A stretch of 64,000 bases of DNA. Origin: Hyphochytrium catenoides. Taxonomy: Eukaryota; Protista; Hyphochytriomycota. The stretch is from contig FLMG01001070.1 in NCBI GenBank assembly GCA_900088475.1, positions 90,276-154,275 on the forward strand. The letters are read 5' to 3'. Made by a program: the position numbers and the translations under genes. The notes beneath the pieces were generated by a model, which was not told the DNA's origin, did not search any database, and worked only from the letters and a program-made list of their open reading frames with translations. This document shows positions 24,378 through 37,300 of the stretch, in pieces. Every line of letters begins with the position of its first letter. The first letter of the stretch is position 1.

Positions 24378-25053
24378 GCTTCGCCTCCAGCCTCGCACTC
24401 AGGCCGCAGCACAGGCGTTCTACATCAAGGAGTGACACAAAGCATGCAGCGCTGCTTCTGGCCAGTCGGGATGGGAGGCCTCCAGGCTGCCTGATGAGCT
24501 TGAAGAGACAGAGCCTTGAGCTGAATAATCTGTGATGATAGCTTCTCAGCGCCAGCATCATGCTGAAGATTGGAAAGACCTTTCCTCTCGCAGTACTTGC
24601 AGTCTCAACATCTAGCGAATATTCCCAAAGCTTTCTACCAAAGCTTCACGCAGCAGTACTACTATTGGTATGTGGAATATTTGCATTGAAACAATGGGAG
24701 GAGAGATTGCGGTTGGTTTCATGGGTTGTCTTCACCTCTGTGTCGGTTCGTTCTTCCGCTTCGACCTCGACAGCCTGATTGGCTCCTCCGTCCCGCAGCC
24801 TTGCCCTTGCTCAGGTGCCTCACAGGGACAGCCAAGTGACCAGCTGCGGGCTCAGTGTGAATCTATTTTGCCACAGGCAGACGTAAAGGAGAAGGCATGC
24901 ATCGCCAAGCTGCTTACACTTTGGTCGCCCGTCAGGCTTTGTAGAATGAGAGGGATTGCGTAGTTAGGAGAGAGGTCCGCTCTCTCTTTATCAGTGTTGT
25001 GTCAGCGTGAGAACTCGAGCTGCCTTCTGCGCTAGAGGGGCAAAGACTGAGCT

Positions 25054-28000
25054 ATGACTTCAAAAGCGGCACAATCAGAGATGGCAAAGCTGGACGAGCA
25101 GCTGAGAAAAATCGACTCGAAGCTCTTGAAAGACGAGTTTGAGGTGTTACCATTTGCCATTGAGGTGCTTGATGGAGGTAGTCTCTACCATTACATTCTT
25201 ACCTTCAAGTGAGAAATGCCTAACTTTTCTCACATGTCCAACAAAAAGAGATCAAAGATGCCGCGCTTCAAGATCTTCTCGCCCAGAAGCAGACCATAGA
25301 CAATGTTATCAACGGCATCGTCGACGGACACTACGCAGAGTTCAACAGCTCCGTCAAGAACTTTACTAGGATCTATGAGAATATCACTGGTAAGAGCCAT
25401 CAGATGCCATTGGGGTTTTGCAGCAGCTCTCTCATCAACCAGATAGATACTCATAGCCGAGTCCAAAATCTTCGTGCCATGGTGACGGACGTGAAGAAGC
25501 TCTTCACTTCAAAAACTGAGAATCTGCGGCAGCTTTGGCTGCGGAAGCTGGAGTACGAACATGTAAGAAATGAAGAGAGAGGCATAGGGAGTCCTTCACT
25601 GGACACGAAGCTGCGACATGTCCTGTATGTCTTCCGTCTCGTCTGCCTGTTCCCACCTTTATCTTTAGCGATCACTGCCACTGAGGTGCATAACTGCAGA
25701 TCCTGAAGATTCTTGAGAAGATAGAAGACGTCAAGAAAACACCTACCGAGATTGACAATCTCATGGCCCAGAAACGCTATATGAAGGCTGTTTCTCTTCT
25801 TACCAAGAGTCTAAAGGAGATCTTTGAGGACGATTTAGTAGGCATTGAAGCCCTGGGAGATGTGAGGACGAGTCTGATGGAGCGGAAACAGGTTAGAACA
25901 GTTGCTACGAACAGAGGCTGTTGGCATGGTGACCAGCGCAACTGAGGCTAAGGAAGAGACAGTCTTAAGAAAAATAGACGAAAAGGTAGAGGGAGTAGCA
26001 GGGACGCATGAACTATCTGAGACCTATGGGAAGAGTGATGTGAGGGTAGGAATACAAAGAAGGAAGAGAGGCAATCTAAATGGCATTCATCGGGACCAAA
26101 GACGACTAACCTCCACACCACTAGAAACTTGAGGATGCGCTAATTGACGAGCTCCAGTACTACGTCTACCGCAAGGTTGGAACTTAAAAATCTTACATGT
26201 GTTGGTCTCTTTTGACGCATTCCGACCCTCTCTTTAGGTGCTGTTCTTTGGGGCTTCCTCAATCAAGTTGTCTTGCCTTTCTCAGTTGTCTTAGCCCAAT
26301 TTTGCTTGAGTGCAGCTCTCGCCGATGCCATATACTCTATTTACGAACGCCTGTTCACTTACTGATACACGCTTCTATAGAAGAAGCATCCCAAGCTTCT
26401 GAACCAGGAGGAGGAGGAGGATTTGACTACGGAGATCACTGTTGAGAAGGAGGAAATCGTCATGAAGGCAGAGAATCAGTCCAAGCTCTTTCTCCGCTTC
26501 ATAGTGGAGGCGCTAGATCGGTGAGCTCCGTTAACAGTTGGACCCTTCCTATATGGTCCTGGAGCTGCGGATAGCTTTCTCTATGTTGAGCATTTTCTCC
26601 AAGTGTAGAGTGGGTATCTGGGCAGTAACCTTTTGCCGCAAGCTAACATCGTGAATTTTCTTCTGTATACCTTTCCTATTGGTGGAACCCTTTCTTCTGT
26701 ATATCTCAGTCTTGGTCGAATGGCTGAGGCTATTAGTGCTATTAAGGAATCCATGACCCATCAGTTGCATCAAGCAATCGTAAGGAAAGTAGCCAAGGCA
26801 AAGCCCACGGGTATGACTTCCCGGACGGACGGTGTAGGTACGTTTGCTCGTTTTTCTGTGCGTTTCTGGTTTCTTGTGGTTCTCTATGTTTGTTATTCCA
26901 GTGTCCCTTATCCGTCCATTAATGTCTCCTTCTTTCTTTGTTGTCATAATATTATTGACAAATCAAGTCTGCCAGCAATGTCGACTGGGCAATGCTTCAA
27001 AATGGCTGGTCGCTCACTCGTTTATCTCTCGTTCTATCTTAGCTTCAAGAGGTATTCAGCTGCCATCAGGGACAGAGTTCCTTCTGTTGTTGAACGTAAG
27101 CTCTCTGCCCTCAACAAAAGCTTGCCTATCCTGCCCTAGCAGCTTACTTGACTTCCCTCCCTATCTAACGCTTTTTTTCTGATCATAGAACGTGCTGAAG
27201 AGCTACTGTGGCATCCTTAGCAGCCACATGACCCTACTGGAGGTCTTCAAGACGCGGTGCAATCCATCCTACTCTTCGAGGGATGTGTGGGGTGTAATGC
27301 AGTCAGTCCTACAGGTAGGGAACTGATTTGGCGATATTTCCTCATGCGCCCTCAAGGACAAGCCTCATGCTTGGTATCCTTTGCACTCAGTCCATATCTC
27401 TCCCGCTGCCCCTAGCCTACATCCCTGTTCGTTCGCTCTCCATCTTCCCAAAGTTTGACTTACATAAATCTTTTTTTTGCCTAAGTCTTCTCATTGCTGT
27501 CACCCTGTAGGTGTCCACTAATCCTTGTTGATCCCCACGACAGGATTTTCTGTCACAAAATCTAGATGACTCTAGGGCTACCCTCTTATTAAACCACAAT
27601 CCAACGGGTTCTTTTTCAAAAAGTCGAGAGAACATCTTCACCTTCAATGTGGACAAGCCACTGGCAGGAACGACAAAAGCGGATCATAGTGCTCTTAGAG
27701 TAAAAGGACATTCGCCATCTCCCTACCATCTCTGTCAGGTGTACTTCCCCATTGTAGAGTTCACAGAGAAGGTACGTGCCGTCGAGAGTTGACAAGCGAC
27801 TGCTGAAGTAGAAAGGCCGAGGAAAGGGAATGCCTGGACCTAAAGGAGACACCAGCTGTTCGTCCCTACGCCTTTGAGTTTCTTCCATTCTTGCCTGTTT
27901 GCTTCCTAGGTGGAGGGTTACCCGGCTAACTTGTTCAGCTATACTTCGATTTTTTCACTTTCGACTCAGTCGAATAGTTCCAAACCCCAAACGCTCACCC

Positions 28001-31000
28001 GCTTGACCTCGAATCCCGTTTGCACTTCTGGTCTTTCATGAATGTATCTAGGCTTCCCAAATCTTGGAAGATCATAGTCCAAAGGTGGCGCTGGAGAGCT
28101 ACTTGCAGCAGTTAGTTCACTCCGTCCTACTACCTCGGCTTAACAGCGATGTGCAGGTACTCGTGCCCAAGGTTTTCTTCCTCTATCTTCTCCTCTACTC
28201 CGCGATTCTACACTCCGCTGAGCCTTCCGCCTCAACACCGCCCGTACCACCCTCTTGCCCTCTGGAGTTATTTATCCTCCTATCTACTCTTCTTCTCCAT
28301 TCCCATTCTTCCGTTTCTGTAAGGTATTTGACGTTCTAGGGCGTCCCTTCTAATAGTCATTCTCCTCCTCGTCCCTAGAAACTGGTAAGCGCTATATTGG
28401 AGGACAAAGATGCCTTCTCTATCACTCTTCAGGGTGATGAGACTGATCCGCAATGCCGATCCAATCCAATGGTACTACGTTCTTTACCTGTTCCTTGAGT
28501 ACTCATCTGCTCAAAACGTTTTTTCTCTCTTTGTATTATCCTCTTTGTCATTTTCAACGCATCGTCTTGCAGCTTGGTTGTTCCAAGCCCACTCGCATGC
28601 TTCTGCGGCAGCTGAAGTTTTTGATGAAGAGCCTTCCCAAGCATTCCCGGGACATCTTTGTGCTTGCAGAAAAGGCGATCACTTTATGGACAGAGAAGTG
28701 CCAGGCAAAGTTTAAGTAAGTTTGCTCTTTGTTGGTCTATAACTTGCCTTTTATGAATGATATTTGTCCTTGGCATCCTTTGGGTCTTAACATCTTTGCT
28801 CTGCGCCCATGTTCTCTTCAGGCGTCTAAACAGCCACACCTACACAGCTCAATGGATGAAAGTGTGGGGTGACAAGCTCAACCACTTTCTGGCGACCGAC
28901 CCATTGTATGTTAAGGCAACTGGAATTCAGCCGCCCCCGAGCCTAGGCCCCACACCCGGACAGCCTGAAGTAAGGGTCAAACTGGCTCTCTCTCAGATCT
29001 TCACTTTCTAGGACCTCTAGGTTATACTCTCTCTAGCTGACTAGCTGTCCCCTTCAGGACCAATCCCCGGAGTCTCGGAAAGAGAAAGAGCGAGTGTTCG
29101 AAACAGAGTTCTACGACTTTGATCGCCTTAACATCACTAAGTCGAACATTATAGCCTCCGCTGGCGCCTGGGAGACATTCGCTGCCATTCACTGCACATG
29201 TGACTGGATGGCTCGAGAAGTGTTGGAGATATATGCGGACGGATCCGAAACAGACACAGAGAGGTGCGACTATACTCTCTCTCCTAGGAGATGAGGGGAA
29301 TGAAGTTCAGAAAGGGAGGGCAAGGAGGGACACACAAAGGAAGTGAGAGAATGAAGGAAGAGTACTCGCACGCAGAGAATCTTAGAAAAAGGAGGGGAAA
29401 GCAGTAGCAGTCTGGCGTACAGAAAGAATTAGGGTCGTCAAGAGGAGCTCGCTTCCAAGCGCAAGCGCTCAATGGGGAACGAGGATAGCATGTCTTGTGA
29501 AGTTGTAGGGCCTGACAAAGAATAATGCAGAACTTTTAGGTTGGAAGCAGCTGAGGGAACGTTTCGCAAGAGCTTTCTATCCTTCTTACCGAGCGCATCC
29601 CAGCTACAAGGGGAGCCGCCAACTTCTGGAGAACCGAAACTCAAGTCCGGTCAGCTCTCACCCTCTGCGGCAGGGAGCCGCAGGTTTTCCCTCTCTCCCA
29701 CAGCGGTAGCCAACCTAAGACGGCCAACATTCCTGATGGAAACTATGGGAGATCAGAAGGCAGTAGACGGAAATAATAGAGCCCAAGAGGCGACAGAGAG
29801 AGGGGAGAACACGGCTGGGACGCAGAAGGAGAGTCTTAACGAACCGGCCCATGCTCTATCCAAGCGGTAGGATATATCACTTTTGTCTCGCAACTTCATT
29901 TGCCTCTTTTCCATTGTGGCCGAACATTCTTTGGGCTTTCGTCTTCGGCCCCCCCCTCGACAAGCATTTCCTTAACAGAGAGGTCTCAGATGTAGCGCGC
30001 TGGGAGACGAGTGTCTCTTTTTCATACGCCAAGAAGTGCGGACACAGGGCTTCTTAACCTTCAAGCACACCAGAGACTGCAGCTATGCCATCTCCCTCCT
30101 AGCCGCAGTAGACCCTGAGGTATCAACGGACCCACAAAATTGCTCTCAATCTTCCAGTCGTTTTTGCAACCGTCATTGCCTTCAGATCGTGTCCCTTCAC
30201 TGACGGTCTTTAGTTCCGTCGCGTTCATCACGATTACTCTTTCGTAAGCTTGTAACTTATATTCTTTAGTCTGTATACTGAAAGAACCACCCGTTGCCTC
30301 CACTCCAGCAACATGTTCAAGACTACTACCGCCAGCTGGCCCAGATTGATGAGATCATGACATCAAGGCTCCCTCATGCTAAGGTCCGCTTTATCTTCGC
30401 AGGCCTTTCTTCGCTTATTCCTTCTTTGATGGTGCATAGTTTGCGCTTTCTTGCGGGCAGAACTGTAACAAAGGTGAGTCCCAGGGGCTACTATACCCGT
30501 GAAGTGTTTAGGGGTTAAGGCTCGGCTAAGGCTCCTCAAAAGCACAAGATGGAAGGGAAAATAGGGAGATAATGCGTTAGACGTTAAGAATTGGCAGGGT
30601 CAAGTGGATGACAGATACGCTTGCAGGCTGGCGTACAGCAGCTGCTGTGTAATTCTCTGGCGCTCCAGGAGACTGTGGCCAACATACTAACCAACCACGG
30701 GGCCAAACTCTCAAATTCATTCGCCCTTGAGTTCCACCGAACTCGACGGTAATTGCCCCGTGTCTTTCGGTCTCATCCATTCCCTGTCGTTCTACTTACT
30801 TGGTCGGTGGACAGTTTGTGAGAAGCTATATATATTGTTCATCTCCATGCGCTGCTGTATCTTTTATGACTCGAAACTCTTTGTCACCCTAAAAATTTGT
30901 TGGATCTCACGACCTTTCTACTGTCTGCTCTTGATCTTCTGCATTGTACTCTGTTCGGACACCTCTCTCTCTCTCTTGTGCCCAGCTTCCTCCGCCTTTT

Positions 31001-31178
31001 GGAGTTAAAAGAGGATGAACTGCGAGAGTTTATCTCCAGCAACAAGTCGCTCTTCTCCTATGAGGATTACCGGGCCCTGTGGCTTATTGGCACCCCCGAC
31101 CGCCTGCCCTCTAACGACTCTCTGGCCAAGTTGGATGCGATATTCCCTGACAAAGCCCCAATCTTTCCAAAGAAGTGA
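25054..31178 (+). CDS. SEC8: Exocyst complex component Sec8/EXOC4
   Basis: Spliced N-terminus ...IVDGHYAEFNSSVKNFTRI...LRQLWLRKLEYEH | ILKILEKIEDVKKTP..IDNLMAQKRYMKAV...EALGDVRTSLMERKQ | KLEDALIDELQYYVY. C-terminal parts KVRFIFAGLSSLIP and FSYEDYRALW. Many exons; some internal boundaries are approximate. Confidence 0.9.
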
Positions 31179-31353
31179 TATTTGCTAACAGAGGTAAGGC
31201 GCAAGAAGAAAGGGTCCGACTGCAGCAACAAGGCTATCTTTCAAACTTCGGGAGAGTCAGGTTGTGGGAGCCATTATAGCGATTCTCCCTGCGATGACTG
31301 GAAGCGTGCATTTGTTGTGTCTAGCCTGCAGGCTGATTCAGCAGCGCCGGCTC

Positions 31354-33737
31354 TCACCACCAAAAGCTCACGGAGAGGCTAAGAGACAGTGAACGGACGT
31401 AGTGCCAATAGTTGATGGGCAGAAAAAGCCTATTGGAGAGTGCACATGACAAGTAAGCACAGAGGGAGAAAGTTGGTCGGACGCAAGAGGGGGTGAAAGG
31501 GAGCCACCAGAAACAAGCACTAGGGTAAGCGAAGAAATGTCAGACCATGTCGAGGGTCTACTCACAGCTCGCCGGGCTTAAGAACGCCTTCGAGGCCTTT
31601 GGCCCTCCTAAATCTAGGATAACGATCATGGTCAACCGCTTCCACCTTCACCTATGCGTCAGTTAGAGCATTAGGACATTTAGCAGCTATGAGAGCCGAG
31701 AGTAAAAGCACTGTTACGTCATGTCATGCTACCTGGCTTGTATTACTTAGAATGCCTTCTCTTGGATACATGTCTGCAGATGCCTCGGGAGGATAGAGTC
31801 GGATGTACTTCGTTCCGACAACTTGGCCTAGGATGTTTGAATAGGGATCTTGATGAAGTCTAGACACCGTACCTATGGAATGAACCAGTAGTAATAAGCT
31901 TAGAGACTTACAAAGAGAAACAGACAAGAGAAAAGAACAGGAAAGAGTCCTTCTAGGGTTCAGACACCTTGCCTGGAGGTCCTAGCCACACGTTCATAGA
32001 AACCTCTTCTTCCCCGTCTCCGCACTCGACAGAAGTGGCAGCACAGTAGTCAGGGATTGAGATGTCCCTTCGCAGAGCTGGAACCTACATTGAAGGTAAT
32101 CTCTTTAGAGCGAGAACCGGGCTGATGTTGCAGAGCCCATGGAGGAGTCGGACATGACGCCCGGTGGAAAGACTGTCGGAGATTCTAGATAAGAGCCGCT
32201 TAGCAGAGTCACCGTCCGAGGAGAAGACCTGGCACATAAGAGAAATAGACCAATAGTGGAAGCGGTTGCCAAGCAGAGGAGGCCGGTGATGGATACCTGG
32301 TCAAACAAAGGATGCTGTGCGAGATATCGAACCTCGGTACCGCCTGCGAGACCGCTGTTAAATTGTGCCATAAGCACCCGGTTCGACTGATCGCTTCCCT
32401 TTGACTTGCCTTTCTCTAAAAACTGCTCGACAAAGTCCTTGAACTTCATGAATTGTAGCCTCCATCCCTCGTCCGCATAGTCCTGACCTATCTGCAGATG
32501 CAGGAAATAGTAAGAACCTACGTCCCTTTTGCTCCTTCCCATTATTCACTATTTCCTCAATACGATGCAAAAGCTGGGACCAACCTCGATAGGAACTGTC
32601 CTCAGCCCAGCCACGGTCTTTAGATAGCTAAGGTTGGACCAGCACCTGCTTCCATTGTCTGAACCACCCATTGCTGGCCAGAAGTCAATGGCACCAGTTA
32701 TAATGACCGGCTTTCTAATATGACATCGGTGAGCTCTTTTGTTGAGAAGCTGAGAAGGCCGAGAGAAAGGTTAACCCTTACCCCATGGCAAAATAGTTCT
32801 GTTGAAATTCAAGCAAGGTGGGGCATTCTATGCGAGGTATGGGAGACAGTGTCTTCTCATGTTCTCCATCACTTTCCTCGGTGGTCGACGTGGATCGCAA
32901 AGTTTGAACGGCTAGGTCAGCCTCTTGACCAGCAATACTTTTGCTGGCATCACCGCCAGAAGGAGAGTCACGATGGTGGTCGTCGGCTACCTTACGAAGC
33001 CGTTCTTCAAGTATCGTGACTAGAGGATGGGCGATCCTATGAAAGGGCTGCCCACCAATGATCAGCACCTGCAAGTTCGGGATTTCCAGGTAAGAGAAAG
33101 TGGATCCCGAGGCCTAAGAAGGAGCTTCTAAGGATAGGAGGAAAGTCGAAGCTAGGAGCACCAGAAAGGACAGTGCTGGTAAGGATCAAGCGCCAGCAAG
33201 AATGCGACCAAGACGACTGCTGGAGGAATGACAAGATATTCCAGGCGAGAGATGGTGAGGGAGGAAAACTGAGACGAGGACTCGGCATGGAAGAACGGAG
33301 CCATGTATAGAAGAAACGACCACTACCAAGTCAAGCTGCCTTAAAGCATCTTCAGGATTCTTCGAAGAGATGGCTGAAGCTTTGTAGACTCCGAACAAGC
33401 AATAAAGAGTCCTCCATAGCCCTTTTACTCGCGCTCTCGGGTCCCCACGGTGCAGAACGTCCCAGCATGCAGCTAGGTGCTCATCAATCTGGTGGAGCAC
33501 GGATTGGTTCCATCTCCAATCGAGACAATCCACAATATTCCTTAGCTGGCTAAAGTTTTCGTCGAAGGAAGCGACGTCGCAGCTTGGGAGTTGCTGAGCG
33601 TCGCGCAGCCTTAACTCTAGCTCCTGTGTTGCTTGTTTTAAGAGTCTTGCAGCTTCACTATCGGGTGCGAAGAGCGGTGGAGATGCCGACGCAGGTTCCT
33701 GCTCAAGCTTAGCTCGCTTGCTAGATGGGCTTTCCAT
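31354..33737 (-). CDS. KDM8: JmjC-domain hydroxylase/demethylase, JMJD5/KDM8-like
   Basis: Spliced: [28 protein letters not shown] | [15 protein letters not shown] | [22 protein letters not shown] | TVSRLHQDP (HxD), [41 protein letters not shown]. Confidence 0.92.
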
Positions 33738-34354
33738 AGCCTGAGCAACCGGCGGGAGAAGTTACCTTCCCAGAGACCCTATAAGCCCTTGACGACAAGG
33801 TACGTGACCTTTCCTAGCCCCTAACCTATAGAAGTCGTCCCCGCTTATGAAGGCATGTCGCAGACGAGACTGGCAAACGCATGAAGATGGCAACTTTATT
33901 GATTCTGTGGGTAGAACTCTGTCTGATACGCAGATACAAGCTCATAAGCTCGTTCTTATCGCCGCTCATAATGCAATAACCAATTTATGATAACCGGTTG
34001 TGAGTAGATCCTGCGGATCAATAATACAGCATACCCCTCTAAAGAGAGAGACTTTTGTATGCTTTAGTAAACAGTAATACGCTCCATCTTGGTCACTTCC
34101 ATAACTGATTTTCTCTATCGATTCTCTGAGAGTGGTTGCCTCCTATTTGGAGGAGGAGGTCGGAGCCAAAGATTTGTGAGCCTCCACCAGACAAATCTTC
34201 ATCAAGAAGCCATTAGCTGCTGCCGACTCTCAAAGGGATGACGGCAAGCATAGAGAAGGCATTGTACCAGTGCTGAAGATAGGTAGTATTCTGGGCTTCG
34301 AAAAGGAGTAAGGGGCTAACCATAGCTCCTCTCCAACCACGGCTGCTTAGAGCC

Positions 34355-37300
34355 ATGGCATATGATGATGGGATGATGCCCTTCTTCAAGCTCTCCTCTA
34401 CGCTAAAATCATTCCTTCAGGAGCCAAAGCGTACCTCTGACATCTCAGACCTCCAAGCTCTCTTAAGGAAGCACTTACCAGACCTCCTTAATCCGCTGCA
34501 GTATGCTGGCCTTAATGCTGATGATAGAAAGAAGATTCAAAGTGGTAGAGTCACGTTAGGAAACCAGCAGGTGCCAATTCCCGAGAGCATACAAAAGGAA
34601 ATTCTGGCCATGGCGGACGAGTTGCAGGTAAGTCCTTGGAAACACACTCTCGCTGTCGAGGACGTCTAAAGCGTATCATTAACTCTGGTGTCTAGCTCAA
34701 CGAGATGGCATGTCTCCATATATGGGCCCATGTCAGCGAATCATCCGTCCGACGACACCTGGAGCAGGTGGCCTCTCGCCCCATAGGATCTCTGGGAGAC
34801 GACATTCCCGCAGCAGCGCGGGAGATGCATTACTTTGAGCGAATGTGCCTCCTGGGAACTATCTGTGAGCTCCTTAAAGCAAGAATGGATTTGGTTCTAG
34901 TCGAGGCAAAGCAAGAGATTATATCAAGCTTCGCCAATCAGCTCTTGATCGATGGGCTGCCGCTAAAACTGATGGAGGCTCTAAGAACAACCGTCTCCAA
35001 GTTTGGCTCTCAGGATAGAGTTACACCTTTTATCATCTCTTCAGGTGAGAATAGGAGGCGTTGTCGATATCGGCGAGGCTCAGCAAGCACACCTAGCAGA
35101 ACACACTATTTGCAACCTACTGTGAGGTAGTCTTTGCTAACGCCTTACAAACTTTGCTCAGGTCTCAAACTAGCCGAGTGTCTCTTCTTCCTATATTATA
35201 GTGTTCAGATTGAGGCGGAAGAGGTTAAAACTCTGGTTGGCCTTCTACAGCATGCCTCCTCCTTGGTCTCAAAAACTCAGAACCTAGCAGAGCTCTCCGG
35301 TAAGACCGCGGGATACCTAACCCTCCTCCTTATAGCGATTGTTAGTAGTTTTCCAATCAATAGTGTGCCCGTGAGACCTGTGTTTCCTAGCAGCTAGGCC
35401 GGCAGCTTCTTGGGAGTAAAGGCATCTATAAGGAGTGCCCTTGCTCTTCTCAGACTTGCGCTTCGCTCGAATGAAAGGGTTGACTCTTCTTTCCTGTCGG
35501 CCTCAGGACCTGAAGCAGGCTTTCAGACCTCCCTTACTAGTGCCCACCCTCCTGGGCGAGTAAGTCAGGGCACTGGTCGACACGATGTGGTGGAGTTGTC
35601 GCAAATCCTCTACGTGTTGCAGCTTAGTGTTCTCTGTTCCTTGGATCAGAACCACGGACTCATAGATAGGAGGACTAACCAAGTAAATCCTATGGGGCCT
35701 GGTAATTGGCTTTCGGAGGGGCCGGACAAGGTGAGCTGGAGTCCGTAACACTCTTTGAGACGCAAGATAGAGAGTCACACTAAAGTTGAAAGCATGTAAA
35801 TGGGGACACAGGGCTCAATGACACTGGTATTATTGTGTGAGCCAGTGCAAGGGTAGTGCTTTTCTGTTGTCTGCTGTGTGGTCAGGGCAAAAGGGCTCAT
35901 GGAGTTTCTTTTATGGGGATGCAGCTTAGGCCTCACATGTTACGTTTTACATGGCTCCGTTCTAGTCAATTGTTGACCAGCTTCACGAGCTCATCTTTAC
36001 AAGATCCTGGGAACACAAAGGATATCAGGGCATCACGTTGCTGGCCTGGAGCGTCTTTCTCCTCCGTTCCTCGCTCTCCTCTCCAGCTGTCGACCATAGC
36101 AGTAGACCCACGGCTCTGAATAATATTAAGGACGTATTAAAGGCTGTTCTTCAGAAGAGGACGTTCGGGTTTATAGCAGGGCCTTTCCTGAGCTCGAGGA
36201 AGGTAAACGACAGAGAACGCTTTTTGCAATGCTGGTCATTTTTGTGCATGAAACATTTTGTTTGGCTCTCTTCCCTCCTCTTTATCAAGCCTGTTGCTCG
36301 TACATCATGCTCACCATTGCCCGGGGAGTCTATTTTTCGGCCCCTTGATCACCTTAGATCCGTTGGTATCTGACTTTGGAATGGAACCACTTACTCGGTC
36401 AAAGGATTGATAGCTAAGACAGTCTTTCCTCTTCTCATAACTTGGCTGCAGCTGGAGGCTTTGCCGTTTTACGTTGGTGTGCTTGAAGATGTTGTTTTCA
36501 GCTACCTAGTAGATAACGCTGAGGATCTTCCTCCTCCGCGTGTTCAACTTCGTTTGGACGAGAGCGCCGCAAGAACCTTCCTTTCCAGTACTCCAAATTC
36601 CTCTTCCGTCTCTCCTTCTCAGGACTCCTTGGAGGACATAATACAAAGCATCATAGAGATCTGTGCCGCTAATCCTCGGACCGCAACGAAATTCTGGGAT
36701 CAGGAGTCCGATGACTTTACTACTCTACAGAGTTTCCTCAAGTTGGTCCTGCAGCAGGTGCAGCAGCAACATGAGCACGGTCTGCATATCGCCTACTATA
36801 AGCTGGTGGGTTTGCTAAAAGGGATACAACGCCGAGTGCACCAGAAAGATTGGCTTTCTTAACTTCAACAAAAGCCCCCTTGGCCCCTTTCGCTGCTGTC
36901 TACCTTCGCTCTTCTCGTACTTCGTCTTCAAGTGAATTGTCGGTTCCTTTTGTAGATAAGAGTTACTTGGTCATGTTTCCCCCTAAATTTTTGCTGACCT
37001 TGCTAACCTCCCGACTCCCTCTTCCCGTGTTCCCCGTCCTCTGCTTGCGTTACTTACAATCTTCAGTTGTGCACCTTAGCGGCAGGTCCAGGATGTGCAG
37101 ACCATGTCTTTTCCTTTGTCCGCAACTCTCCTTCACGTCACAGCTGGGACTATTTCTTCAATGTATTCAAACAGTATGAGATGCAGATGAGGCCCCCTGG
37201 ATCCTCCATCCCGAGCATATACGAGGCCACAGCCCCTGCAGGACCTAGTCCAAAGGAGATGAGCCCGCAAGAGGTGAGGGAGTGCTTAGGGACATTTGAC

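Noticed and set aside
27374-27382. U12-type donor GTATCCTTT in Sec8
   Set aside because: It lies inside an intron already opened by a GT donor at about 27315, and an in-frame stop precedes it.
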